A stretch of DNA of 64,000 nucleotides from an uncultured Pseudomonadota bacterium (lineage in GTDB: Bacteria; Pseudomonadota; Alphaproteobacteria; JACZXZ01). Made by a program: the position numbers and the translations under genes. Position 1 is the first letter of the stretch. Each line of letters begins with the position of its first letter. Below the pieces are notes generated by a model. The model ran no database searches. It was not told the origin of the DNA and saw nothing but the letters and a program-made list of their open reading frames with translations. Positions 30,250 to 40,964 of this stretch are shown here, piece by piece. The DNA lies in contig CAVVLJ010000021.1 of assembly GCA_963749075.1 (NCBI GenBank), positions 128,001-192,000 on the forward strand, read 5' to 3'.

Positions 30250-30272
<23 letters not shown>
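29811..30272 (-). CDS. ogt: Methylated-DNA-[protein]-cysteine S-methyltransferase
   Basis: GTPFQ, RAVG, IPCHRV. Confidence 0.93.
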
Positions 30273-32304
<2,032 letters not shown>

Positions 32305-32443
32305 GGTCGCTTGCAAATAGCGCCTCGCCGGGGCCGCGGCAACCGCTGCCGCGCAATTTGCCGCGCGCGCCGCCGCGGCGTAGGCTTGGCCCCGGCGGAA
32401 GGCCGTGGCGCGTCCGGCCGCGGCAGGTGCTTCGGGGGAGCCC

Positions 32444-32695
32444 ATGAAGATCAAGATCGACATCGACTGCACGCCGCTCGAGGCGCGGAGCTTCTTCGGC
32501 CTGCCCAACGTCGGCCCCATCCAGGCAGCACTCCTCGGCGACATGGAGCAGCGCATGCGCTCCGCACTCGCCACCATGGACCCCGAGGCCATGATGAAGA
32601 TGTGGCTGCCCGCGGGCATGCAGGGGCTCGAGCAGCTGCAGAAGTTCTTCTGGTCCCAGGGTGCCGGCGGCGGCCCGGAGCGCAAGGGGAAATAG
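32444..32695 (+). CDS. Small conserved protein (DUF6489-like)
   Basis: MKIKIDIDCTPLEARSFFGLP signature. Confidence 0.8.
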   Translation: MKIKIDIDCTPLEARSFFGLPNVGPIQAALLGDMEQRMRSALATMDPEAMMKMWLPAGMQGLEQLQKFFWSQGAGGGPERKGK

Positions 32696-32732
32696 CGCGC
32701 CAGGGGGGGATAGGCGGCGGGAGCGGGCCCGC

Positions 32733-34076
32733 ATGGCCGAGGAGCGGGATACCATCTTCGCCCTCTCGTCGGCGCCGGGACGCGCTGCGATCGCGGTCGT
32801 GCGGGTGAGCGGCCCGCGGGCCGGGGAGGCGCTGGTCCGCTTGCGCGGCGGCCGCAGCCTGCCCAAGCCGCGCGCGGCGGCCTACGCGCGCTTTCTCGAC
32901 CCCGCGAGCGGTGCGCCACTCGACGACGGCCTGGCCCTCTGGTTTCCGGCCCCTTCGAGCGAGACCGGCGAGGACGTGGCCGAGCTCCAGATCCACGGCG
33001 GCCGGGCGACCGTGGCGGGCGTCCTCGAGGCCCTCGCCAGGCTCCCCGGCTTCCGCCCGGCCGCGGCCGGCGAGTTCACCCGCCGCGCCTTCGAGAACGG
33101 CAAGCTCGACTTGACCGCGGTCGAGGGCCTTGCCGATCTGGTGGCGGCCGAGACCGAGGCTCAGCGCCTCCAGGCCCTGCGCCAGCTCCGCGGCGAGCTC
33201 GGCCGCCTCTACGAGGGCTGGCGCGAGCGGCTGCTCCGCCTCCTGGCCCACGGCGAGGCGGCGATCGATTTTCCCGACGAGAGTGCGGGGGAGGGGCTCG
33301 ATCGCGAGCGCTACGGCAAAGTCGCCCTGCTCGCCGGGGAGATAGCACAGCACCTCGCGGCACCGCGCCGCGGCGAGACCCTGCGCGACGGCCTCTCGCT
33401 CGCCATCCTGGGCGCCCCCAACGTGGGCAAGTCGAGCCTCATGAACGCGCTCGCCCGGCGCGACGTGGCGATCGTCTCGGAGCGCGCCGGCACCACGCGC
33501 GACGTGATCGAGGTGCATCTCGACCTCGCGGGCTACCCCGTGGTGCTGGCCAACACCGCGGGCCTGCGCGAGGCCCGCGACGAGATCGAGATGGAGGGCG
33601 TGCGCCGCGCGCGGGCGCGGGCGGAGCAGGCCAACCTGCGCATCGTCATGCTCGATGCCACGCAGTGGCCGGCGCTGCCGGCCGAGGTGGCGCCGCTCGT
33701 GGGCGAGGGCAGCCTCCTCGTCCTCAACAAGATCGACAAGCTGCGCCCGCCGCCGCCCCTCGAGATCGCGGGCCGCACGGTACTCGCCATCTCGGCGCTC
33801 ACCGGCGAGGGGATCGAGGAGCTGGTGCGGGCACTCGCGACGCTGGCCGCCGAGCGCATGGCGCTTCCCGAGGCACCCGCGCTCACCCGCCTCCGCCACC
33901 GCCAGGCCCTCGAGCGCTGCCGCGAGGCCCTTGAGCGCGCCCTCCGCGCCCCCTTGCCCGAGCTCGCCGTCGAGGACCTCCGCCTCGCCATGCGCGAGCT
34001 CGGCCGCATCACCGGCCGCGTCGACGTGGAGGACCTCCTCGACGTGATCTTTCGGGAGTTTTGTATTGGGAAGTAG
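32733..34076 (+). CDS. mnmE: tRNA modification GTPase
   Basis: TGED, GEFTRRAF, GAPNVGKSS, GTTRD, NKID, FCIGK; G3 motif reads NTAG instead of DTAG. Confidence 0.95.
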   Translation: MAEERDTIFALSSAPGRAAIAVVRVSGPRAGEALVRLRGGRSLPKPRAAAYARFLDPASGAPLDDGLALWFPAPSSETGEDVAELQIHGGRATVAGVLEALARLPGFRPAAAGEFTRRAFENGKLDLTAVEGLADLVAAETEAQRLQALRQLRGELGRLYEGWRERLLRLLAHGEAAIDFPDESAGEGLDRERYGKVALLAGEIAQHLAAPRRGETLRDGLSLAILGAPNVGKSSLMNALARRDVAIVSERAGTTRDVIEVHLDLAGYPVVLANTAGLREARDEIEMEGVRRARARAEQANLRIVMLDATQWPALPAEVAPLVGEGSLLVLNKIDKLRPPPPLEIAGRTVLAISALTGEGIEELVRALATLAAERMALPEAPALTRLRHRQALERCREALERALRAPLPELAVEDLRLAMRELGRITGRVDVEDLLDVIFREFCIGK

Positions 34077-34077
34077 G

Positions 34078-34100
34078 CGGTATTAGGTAGCAAACTCACC
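34078..34100 (+). mobile_element. Solo IS1595-family (ISNha5-like) terminal repeat opening the dcd cassette
   Basis: CGGTATTAGGTAGCAAACTCACC shares CGGnnTTAnGTAGCnnACnCACC with both ends of the 8917-10688 element; sits at the composition boundary; partner end not found. Confidence 0.75.
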
Positions 34101-34131
34101 TATCGTGAAAATTTGACCCTACAATAGAACA

Positions 34132-34686
34132 TTAAGGCGCGGCGGATTGCCCTTGAAACTGTCCGTACCCCTTTTCTGGAGTCCCGAAGGTCTGCTCAAA
34201 AATTAATTGGCAAATTCGCATACCTGGTTTTAGACGCACGGGCCGATGGCCATGGTTGACTATCTCCAGTCTTATTCGCCCTTCAAAGCCAGCATGTATC
34301 GTTGGGGCCGTCATGTGGATAGAAAGACCTATCCGCGCCAATGAGCTTCTCCCTTCAACTCGGGCCGCCAACCGAGATTCCTTTAGGTCGATGTACTCCT
34401 TCGTCCACGCAAGGATCATTGTGTGACGGGTCAATGGATAGCCGGCTTGCGGATCGATCGAAAAACTTGTTGTCAACTCCTTGACGACGACATCGCTTTT
34501 GAAATCAGCGTGTGTCGGGTCAATTATCATGTCGATCCCGGATGCAACCTCCTTGAAAAGGCTGATGTCGGGATCAAGCGTTAAGTCAATGCTCGACGAC
34601 TGGTACGCGACTTGCGGAGGGCGCGGCTCGACGGTTATCAGCCCCCGCTCAATGTAAATCTTGATTTCTCGATCCGTCAGGATCAC
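34132..34686 (-). CDS. dcd: dCTP deaminase (trimeric dUTPase fold)
   Basis: MILTDREI, SIDLTL, EGRSSLARIGL, GFEGRIRLEIVN, RICQLIFE. Confidence 0.9.
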   Translation of the reverse strand: MILTDREIKIYIERGLITVEPRPPQVAYQSSSIDLTLDPDISLFKEVASGIDMIIDPTHADFKSDVVVKELTTSFSIDPQAGYPLTRHTMILAWTKEYIDLKESRLAARVEGRSSLARIGLSIHMTAPTIHAGFEGRIRLEIVNHGHRPVRLKPGMRICQLIFEQTFGTPEKGYGQFQGQSAAP

Positions 34687-34940
34687 GCAGCAGCTTCCTC
34701 GACATCACTCCGGCGAACCCATATTCGCCAGCTTCCCCGAAGACTCTCGCGCGGCAATTCAACGAGAAGTTCGTCCGTTCCGCGAGCGCTGATTGGATAG
34801 CCTATCTTAACGCTATTGTCGGTTATTGACCGCCTGTCAACGATCAATTCTTCCGTTTTGCCATCCGCGGTGGTTACTGCGACCACCGCCTCACTCGGGT
34901 GCTGACCGTTACCAACGGTTCTGATTTTGAGTCGCGCCAT
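34683..34940 (-). CDS. Hypothetical beta-rich protein coupled to dcd
   Basis: 85 aa; GGGAGG upstream; stop overlaps the dcd GTG (GTGA); motifs HPSE, ELPRES, GSWRIWV. Confidence 0.75.
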   Translation of the reverse strand: MARLKIRTVGNGQHPSEAVVAVTTADGKTEELIVDRRSITDNSVKIGYPISARGTDELLVELPRESLRGSWRIWVRRSDVEEAAA

Positions 34941-35038
34941 GAGCTTAGCCCTCCCAGAACTTTTGCCGAACAAATTACCTGCGTTAGCCGAAAAAGGCGA
35001 CTCGGAATCCGATGCCCTTGTGTCTGGTCAACGCCGAT

Positions 35039-35054
35039 ACACTATATTTTGTGT
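35039..35054. promoter_or_regulatory. NrdR-box-like site upstream of the orf85-dcd operon
   Basis: ACACTATATTTTGTGT, 15/16 match to acaCwAtATaTwGtgt. Confidence 0.7.
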
Positions 35055-35139
35055 GCGAGCGCCGCCTATCGTCAACACAATTGTCGCATCGTTTTCACCT
35101 TATTTGTCATGATGACGATCTGCTAATGTCCTCAATGGG

Positions 35140-35415
35140 ATGGCTCGAAAAAATAATCGTATTCCGACAAAAACGACGACAATTACCCTAGCCTGGCCGC
35201 TATATGCGTACCTTGATAGGGCGATTGTTTTGGGGCGATATGGCGCAACACTGACCTCGGCCGCGGAGGTCGCCATTGATAAACACATTGGGTGGCTGAT
35301 CTCGGCTGGCAAAATTACGGAGTTGACCGCAGCCGAATTAGCCGCGCCGCCGTCATCGGATTATGTGCGAAAAAAGCGGAAGCCACGAACCAAGAAAACC
35401 GCCGCTTCCAGTTAG
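35140..35415 (+). CDS. Small hypothetical protein, ribbon-helix-helix-like, basic tail
   Basis: Beta-like TTTITL then helices LYAYLDRAIV and LTSAAEVAI; divergent from orf85-dcd; fold is inference. Confidence 0.6.
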   Translation: MARKNNRIPTKTTTITLAWPLYAYLDRAIVLGRYGATLTSAAEVAIDKHIGWLISAGKITELTAAELAAPPSSDYVRKKRKPRTKKTAASS

Positions 35416-35452
35416 AACGATCTTCCGCGGAGTTTCGTTCGAGACGCGCCGC

Positions 35453-35726
35453 CTATGGTGCCCTTAACCGCCACTTCCCCGGCCACGAGTCGCGGTCATA
35501 CCAGACGATAGGATTTCTCTGCCGCGAGAAACTGCTGCGGATCGTGTCGGCGAGCATCTCCACCGCAACCGGATCGGTATTCCTCTCCACGCTGACTAGG
35601 ATGCGCCTAGCGAACTCCTGGGCTGATAGAGCTTCGCCGCTCTCCCGTAGTATGTCGAAGTATGTCGAGCGCCTTGCGGCTTCCGGTGCCCTTGGGAAGG
35701 CCGGCCGGGTTCTTTCCGAATATCAC
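35453..35726 (-). pseudogene. Frameshifted winged-helix-like ORF
   Basis: Removing one copy of AGTATGTCGA x2 (35649-35668) gives VIFGKNPAGLPKGTGSRKALDILRESGEALSAQEFARRIL...SWPGKWRLRAP*; in-frame TAG at 35733-35735 just upstream. Confidence 0.6.
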
Positions 35727-35791
35727 TTTGGGCTAAATTTCTCGATATTATCGCGCAAACGCCACCAAGCCGAATTCACACTAGATCCCTG

Positions 35792-35965
35792 TCAACGCTC
35801 CTCGCGCCGTTTTTGCGCGGGCGGGGCACGGCCCTGCAACTGCGCTCTGGCCTCTTTTATCAATTCTTTCAGTACCTTGCGAACGCGCGGATCAGGCTGC
35901 TTGCGCAACAGCCTCGCCCAGCGTTGCAGGTCCTTCTGCAACGCGGCCCTATCCTCCTGTCCCAT
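35792..35965 (-). CDS. Small basic helical hypothetical protein
   Basis: 57 aa MGQEDRAALQKDLQRWARLL...; GAGG upstream. Confidence 0.5.
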   Translation of the reverse strand: MGQEDRAALQKDLQRWARLLRKQPDPRVRKVLKELIKEARAQLQGRAPPAQKRREER

Positions 35966-36171
35966 GCGGGCACCTCGCACGATTGGCGGGCGTCTCTGCC
36001 TCGTTGCATACGATCGTATTGGAGCGAGGAGGATTTCTCAAGAGCTTCGGCAGGCGGGGATCAAGCAGCTCCGGGCCCCGCTTCCGAGCTAGGGGATGCA
36101 CACGGATCCAAAGATCACCGGTAAATCATGTATCGCGCTTTGCAAAAGGTGCTTTGGACCGGCTGCGGTGC

Positions 36172-36283
36172 GTCCTTCGAGACGCTCGCTGCGCTCGCTC
36201 CTCAGGATGAGTTAAGGCCTTTCTGCCACGCACGGATTTACCTCGTCCTGAGGAGCGCCCCGAAGGGGCGCGTCTCGAAGGAC
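36172..36283. repeat. REP-like inverted pair (GTCCTTCGAGACGC...CCTCAGGATGAG / CTCGTCCTGAGG...GCGTCTCGAAGGAC)
   Basis: Two ~40-bp inverted units (36172-36211, 36242-36283) with a 30-bp spacer, each with an internal hairpin. Confidence 0.85.
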
Positions 36284-36337
36284 CCAGGGCGGCGGTGCAG
36301 GCGTTCTTGAGATGTGTGAATACCGTAGCGCTTCTGC

Positions 36338-36349
36338 GGGGGGGGGGGG
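36338..36349. repeat. G12 homopolymer
   Basis: 12 consecutive G upstream of the FNR box. Confidence 0.85.
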
Positions 36350-36412
36350 TGACGCGCGAGGCGGTTCGAGCCGATCGAATTACGCTTTAAGGGCCCGGCC
36401 GCAGCGCGACCG

Positions 36413-36426
36413 TTGATGTGAATCAA
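36413..36426. promoter_or_regulatory. FNR/FixK box
   Basis: Perfect TTGAT-GTGA-ATCAA (extends to CGTTGAT...ATCAACG) about 70 nt before nfnA. Confidence 0.9.
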
Positions 36427-36495
36427 CGCGCGATGCGTTTCATAGGGTTAAGAGCAGCGGCAGCCCCAAGGCCCTACGAGATCATGAGGCCCGAC

Positions 36496-37419
36496 ATGGA
36501 TCATGCGGAAGGCGGCAGCGGCGGCTTCGAGATCGTCCGCCGCGAGGACTTCTCGGACGTGACCTACCTCCTCGAGGTTCGCCATCCCTTGATGGCGAAA
36601 GCGGCCAAGCCCGGGCAGTTCGTCATCGTCATGTCGCATGAGGAGGGCGAACGCATCCCTCTCACCATCGCCGACTTCGACCGCGACAAGGGGATGGTCA
36701 CCCTGGTCATCCAGGCGGTCGGCAAGACGACGAGAGAGATGCAGCAGACGTGCAAGGCCGGGACCGCGCTTTACGCCCTCGTGGGTCCCATGGGCGTGCC
36801 GAGCGCCACGGGCGGCGCCAAGAAGGTCCTCTGCGTCGGCGGGGGGCTCGGCGTGGCGCCGGTCTTTCCCCAGGCGCGCGGCTTCAAGGAGAGCGGCGCC
36901 TACGTCATCGGCGTCCTCGGGTTCCGCACCAAGGGGCTCGTCTTCTGGGAGGAGAAATTCGCCGCCTGCTGCGACGAGCTGATCCTCTGCACCGACGACG
37001 GCTCGGCCGGCGTCAAGGGCTTCGTCAGCGACGGCATGCGGCTCGCCATCGCGAAGCATCCCGACATCGACGAGGCGATCGTCATCGGCCCGCCCGTCAT
37101 GATGAGGGCGTGCGTCGAGGTGACGCGTGCCAAAGCGATCAAGACGTTCGTCAGCCTCAATCCCATCATGGTCGACGGAACGGGGATGTGCGGCGGCTGC
37201 CGCGTCAAGGTGGGCGAGCAGGTCAAGTTCGCCTGCGTCGACGGCCCCGACTTCGACGGTCACAAGGTCGATTTCGACGATCTGATGATGCGCCTCAAGC
37301 GCTACGCCGAGGAGGAGAAGGCGGCCATGGAGCGCTGGTCGGAGGCCTGCCGCATGAGGAGCCTGGCCGGTGCGGCCCCGCTCGCGTCGCGGCTGCCCGA
37401 GCCGAGCGCACGGAGCTGA
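36496..37419 (+). CDS. NfnA/SudB-type ferredoxin-NADP reductase small subunit
   Basis: PGQFV, ERIPLT, GGGLGVAP, DGTGMCGGCR, CVDGP. Confidence 0.9.
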   Translation: MDHAEGGSGGFEIVRREDFSDVTYLLEVRHPLMAKAAKPGQFVIVMSHEEGERIPLTIADFDRDKGMVTLVIQAVGKTTREMQQTCKAGTALYALVGPMGVPSATGGAKKVLCVGGGLGVAPVFPQARGFKESGAYVIGVLGFRTKGLVFWEEKFAACCDELILCTDDGSAGVKGFVSDGMRLAIAKHPDIDEAIVIGPPVMMRACVEVTRAKAIKTFVSLNPIMVDGTGMCGGCRVKVGEQVKFACVDGPDFDGHKVDFDDLMMRLKRYAEEEKAAMERWSEACRMRSLAGAAPLASRLPEPSARS

Positions 37420-37463
37420 GCGGGCGAGGTCTTTGGCAGCGTCGGGCATCCCTCGAAAGGTGA

Positions 37464-38975
37464 ATGGCGATGGCGAAGAAAAAGACGATACGGACCATTC
37501 CGCAGAAACGCACCCCCGTCCGCGAGCAGGACGCGCGGGAGCGGGCGGGGAATTTTGCCGAGGTGAATTGCGGCTACAGCCAGGAGGAGGCGCTCCGCGA
37601 GTCCGAGCGTTGCCTGCTTTGCAAGGACCCGGTCTGCGTCGCCGGCTGCCCGGTCAACATCGATATCCCCGGCTTCATCGAAAAGCTCGGTGCCAAGGAT
37701 TTCCGCGGGGCCTATGAGACCATAACCCGGACCAATCTTCTGCCCGCCGTTTGCGGCCGGGTCTGCCCGCAGGAAACCCAGTGCGAGGGCGTCTGCGTGG
37801 TGGGCGAGACGCTGGAGCCGGTTGCCATCGGCCGGCTCGAGCGCTGGCTCGGCGACCGCGCCATCGCGGAGCATTGGGTGAGCGTTCCCTACATCGAGCC
37901 CAACGGCTTCAGGATCGGCATCGTGGGCTCCGGGCCCGCCGGTGCCGCCTGTGCCGCCGATATGGCCAAGGCGGGGTGCGAGGTCACGGTCTACGAAGCG
38001 TTCCATCAGCCGGGCGGCGTGTTGCGCTACGGCATCCCCGATTTCCGTCTGCCCAACGAGGTGATCGATGCCGAGATCGGCAACCTCGGCAAGCTCGGCG
38101 TCAAGTTCGAGTGCAACACGCTGGTCGGACGCCTCTTCACCATCGAGCAGATGATCGGCGAGCTCGGTTTCGACGCCGTCTTCATCGGCACCGGCGCCGG
38201 CTACCCCTCGATGCTCGGGATCCCCGGCGACTCCCTCAACGGCGTGCTCTCGGCCAACGAGCTCTTGACGCGCTGCAATCTGATGCGCGCCAAGGAGTTC
38301 CCCAACTACGACACGCCCCTGCCGCTCGGCCGCCGCGTTGCCGTGGTCGGCGCCGGCAACACGGCGATGGATGCCATGAGGGTCTGCCTGAGGCTGGGTG
38401 CCGAGAAGGTTTTCTGCGTCTACCGCCGCAGCAGGGCGGAGTGCCCCGCGCGCGCGGAGGAAGTCCATCATGCGGAGGAAGAGGGGATCGAATTCCACTG
38501 GCTGACCAATCCCTCAGCCATCCTCGCCGACGACAAGGGGGGCGTGCGCGCCATGCGGTGCCTGCAAATGACGCTCGGCGAGCCCGACGAATCGGGCCGG
38601 CGGCGCCCCGTTCCGCTTGCCGGCAGCGAGCATGAGCTGGAGGTCGATCAGGTCGTCTTCGCGATCGGAACGAACGCGAACCCGATCATCGGCCAGACCG
38701 CGAAACTTCGCCTCAACAAGCGGGGCTACATCGAGACGGACGAGAGCCTGGCTACCTCGATGGCGGGCGTCTTCGCCGGCGGCGACATCGTCACCGGTGC
38801 GGCGACCGTGATCGAGGCGATGGGCGCCGGCCGCAAGGCCGCGCGCAGCATGAAGGCCTATCTCGGGCTGCGCGATTACGGCGAGGAGGCTTCCTCGGAA
38901 GGGGGAGCTCCGGCCGGCACGCTCTTCGGCATCGATCTCAGGGAGCGCAATTTCGCGCGCATTCGCGTGGCTTAG
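37464..38975 (+). CDS. NfnB/SudA-type (GltD-like) large subunit
   Basis: RCLLCKDPVCVAGCP, CGRVCPQETQCE, GSGPAG, GAGNTAMD, YRRS, FAGGD. Confidence 0.9.
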   Translation: MAMAKKKTIRTIPQKRTPVREQDARERAGNFAEVNCGYSQEEALRESERCLLCKDPVCVAGCPVNIDIPGFIEKLGAKDFRGAYETITRTNLLPAVCGRVCPQETQCEGVCVVGETLEPVAIGRLERWLGDRAIAEHWVSVPYIEPNGFRIGIVGSGPAGAACAADMAKAGCEVTVYEAFHQPGGVLRYGIPDFRLPNEVIDAEIGNLGKLGVKFECNTLVGRLFTIEQMIGELGFDAVFIGTGAGYPSMLGIPGDSLNGVLSANELLTRCNLMRAKEFPNYDTPLPLGRRVAVVGAGNTAMDAMRVCLRLGAEKVFCVYRRSRAECPARAEEVHHAEEEGIEFHWLTNPSAILADDKGGVRAMRCLQMTLGEPDESGRRRPVPLAGSEHELEVDQVVFAIGTNANPIIGQTAKLRLNKRGYIETDESLATSMAGVFAGGDIVTGAATVIEAMGAGRKAARSMKAYLGLRDYGEEASSEGGAPAGTLFGIDLRERNFARIRVA

Positions 38976-39038
38976 GCTGTCGGTACCCAAACGAGCGCCG
39001 CGCGGCGGCGCAGGAACTCAAAAGGCTGTGGCACGACC

Positions 39039-40952
39039 ATGAACGAAACCTCCCTAATGCAGCCCCTTCGCAACACGGCTCCGCCGGTCTCGCTGCCCGC
39101 CGGCCGGAAGGCGATCGCCACCTTGAGCGAGCACATCGTCGAGGTGATCAGCGATTCCGGCGAGGGCGCGCAACGATGCGGCCAGTCCCTGGGCGCCATC
39201 GCGGCGCGGATGGGGAATGGCGTCTGGACGGTCGAGATCATCCCCGCCGAAATCCGGCCGCCGGCGCGGAGCGTCGCCGGCGCCAGCGGAAACCGCATTC
39301 GCCTCGGCTCCCGCCGCGTCACCAACGGCGGCAACGAGACGGACCTCGTGGTGGCCTTCAACGAGCAGGTGCTTCTCGGGCGGGTGCGGGCAGGCGCGCT
39401 CAAGCCCGGCTGCATCGTGCTTCTCGAAAGCAAGTGGCGCGAGGATGCGGATCCGGCAATCGCGGCATCCTACGTGGATATCCACGACCAGCTCGTGACG
39501 GGCGGGTACAAGGTGCACGAGATCCCGATGGAGCGCGAGTGCCGGCTCATCGTCGGCGACGCGCGGCGCGGCAAGAACATGTTCGCGCTCGGCATGCTTT
39601 GCAGCCTCTACAGCCTGGAGCTGCAGCTGGCGCGCGAGCAGATCGCCCTCACCTTCGGCAAGAAGGACGAGAGCGTGATCAAGTCGAACGTCAAGCTCAT
39701 GGAGGCGGGCCACGAGTGGGCGGAGCGCAACCTCGACTTCAAGTTCCGCATCCCGGCGGAGCGGGTGAACGAACCGCAGATCGTGATCAACGGGAACACA
39801 GCACTGGCGCTCGGCATCCTCGCCTCGGGCATGGAAGTCTGCGCCATGTATCCCATCACGCCGGCGACCTCGGCGTCGCATTATCTGAGCGACGTCTTCG
39901 AGAAGGTGGGCGGCGTGGTGCATCAGGCGGAGGACGAGATCGCGGCCTGCGCTTTCGCGATCGGCGCCTCGTACGCCGGCAAATGCACGGTCACGATCAC
40001 CTCCGGCCCGGGCTACTCGCTCAAGCAGGAGGCGATCGGGCTTGCCGTGATGGGCGAGATTCCGCTGGTCGTCGTGAATGTGCAGCGCGGCGGTCCCTCG
40101 ACCGGCCAGCCGACGAAGGCGGAGCAGGGCGACCTCCTCACGGCCATGTTCGGCAGTCACGGCGATGCCCCCAAGGTGGTCATGGCGGCCAGCACGATCG
40201 AGGACTGCTTCTATTCCATCATCACCGCGCGCAAGATCGCCGAGACCTTCAACATGGTCGTCGTCGTGCTGTCCGACGCCAATCTGGCCACCTCCCAGCA
40301 GCCCTTCCCGCGGCCGCAATTCAGCGAGGCGTGGGTGGCGCCGCCGGTCGATCAGAGCAGAGTCCCCGCCGGTGCCAAGCCCTACGACTGGGATGCCTCC
40401 ATCGGCCTCGCGCGCCGCTTCATACCGGGTCAGCCCGACGGCATGCATACCCTGACCGGGCTCGCCCATGACAGGCTGAGCCACGTCGCGTACGACGCGG
40501 AGATCAACGAGGAGGGCATCCGCGCCCGCAGCCTCAAGCTGGCGGCGCTGCAGAAGACGCTGAAAGCGCCGCCGCTGTTCGGCGGCCAGACGGGCGAGCT
40601 TCTGGTCGTCGGCTGGGGCAGCACCAAGGGCGCCATCGAGGAGGCCGTGGAAAGCCTGCGCGAGGAGGGCCGCAAGGTGTCCTCCTTGCACCTCACGTTC
40701 CTCCAGCCCATGCCGCCTGGGATCAAGGAGATCATGCAGGGCTTCGAGAAGGTCGTGACGATCGAGAGCAACTGGTGCGACCGGCCGGAGGACGAGATCA
40801 TCGACGAGAGCAACCGGCGCTACTCGGCCCTCGCGATGCTGCTGCGCTCGCGCTACCTGATCGACGTCGATTGCTGGAGCGAGGTGCGGGGCGAGCCCAT
40901 CAAGCCCAATACGATCCGCCGCGTGATCCTCGAGCGGTTAGCTCGGCATTGA
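39039..40952 (+). CDS. 2-oxoacid:ferredoxin oxidoreductase alpha subunit (gamma-alpha fusion)
   Basis: DSGEG, YPITPA, QAEDE, TSGPG, QRGGPSTG, GWGST. Confidence 0.92.
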   Translation: MNETSLMQPLRNTAPPVSLPAGRKAIATLSEHIVEVISDSGEGAQRCGQSLGAIAARMGNGVWTVEIIPAEIRPPARSVAGASGNRIRLGSRRVTNGGNETDLVVAFNEQVLLGRVRAGALKPGCIVLLESKWREDADPAIAASYVDIHDQLVTGGYKVHEIPMERECRLIVGDARRGKNMFALGMLCSLYSLELQLAREQIALTFGKKDESVIKSNVKLMEAGHEWAERNLDFKFRIPAERVNEPQIVINGNTALALGILASGMEVCAMYPITPATSASHYLSDVFEKVGGVVHQAEDEIAACAFAIGASYAGKCTVTITSGPGYSLKQEAIGLAVMGEIPLVVVNVQRGGPSTGQPTKAEQGDLLTAMFGSHGDAPKVVMAASTIEDCFYSIITARKIAETFNMVVVVLSDANLATSQQPFPRPQFSEAWVAPPVDQSRVPAGAKPYDWDASIGLARRFIPGQPDGMHTLTGLAHDRLSHVAYDAEINEEGIRARSLKLAALQKTLKAPPLFGGQTGELLVVGWGSTKGAIEEAVESLREEGRKVSSLHLTFLQPMPPGIKEIMQGFEKVVTIESNWCDRPEDEIIDESNRRYSALAMLLRSRYLIDVDCWSEVRGEPIKPNTIRRVILERLARH

Positions 40953-40964
40953 GAGGACGCCGCC

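Noticed and set aside
34132-34686. dcd as the known AvcD-type antiphage dCTP deaminase
   Set aside because: Those are zinc-dependent deaminases (HxE/PCxxC) fused to a kinase-like domain; this protein has trimeric dUTPase-fold Dcd motifs
35292-36092. 266-aa plus-strand ORF
   Set aside because: No recognisable features; it overlaps the RHH-like gene and is antisense to two more plausible minus-strand ORFs
36303-36325. AATACCG as the missing right IR of the dcd cassette
   Set aside because: Only the terminal 7 nt match; the GCTAC and GGTG parts and a matching 8-bp duplication are absent
37464-38975. Glutamate synthase small subunit gltD
   Set aside because: No gltB is adjacent; pairing with an NfnA/SudB-type gene indicates NfnAB/SudAB
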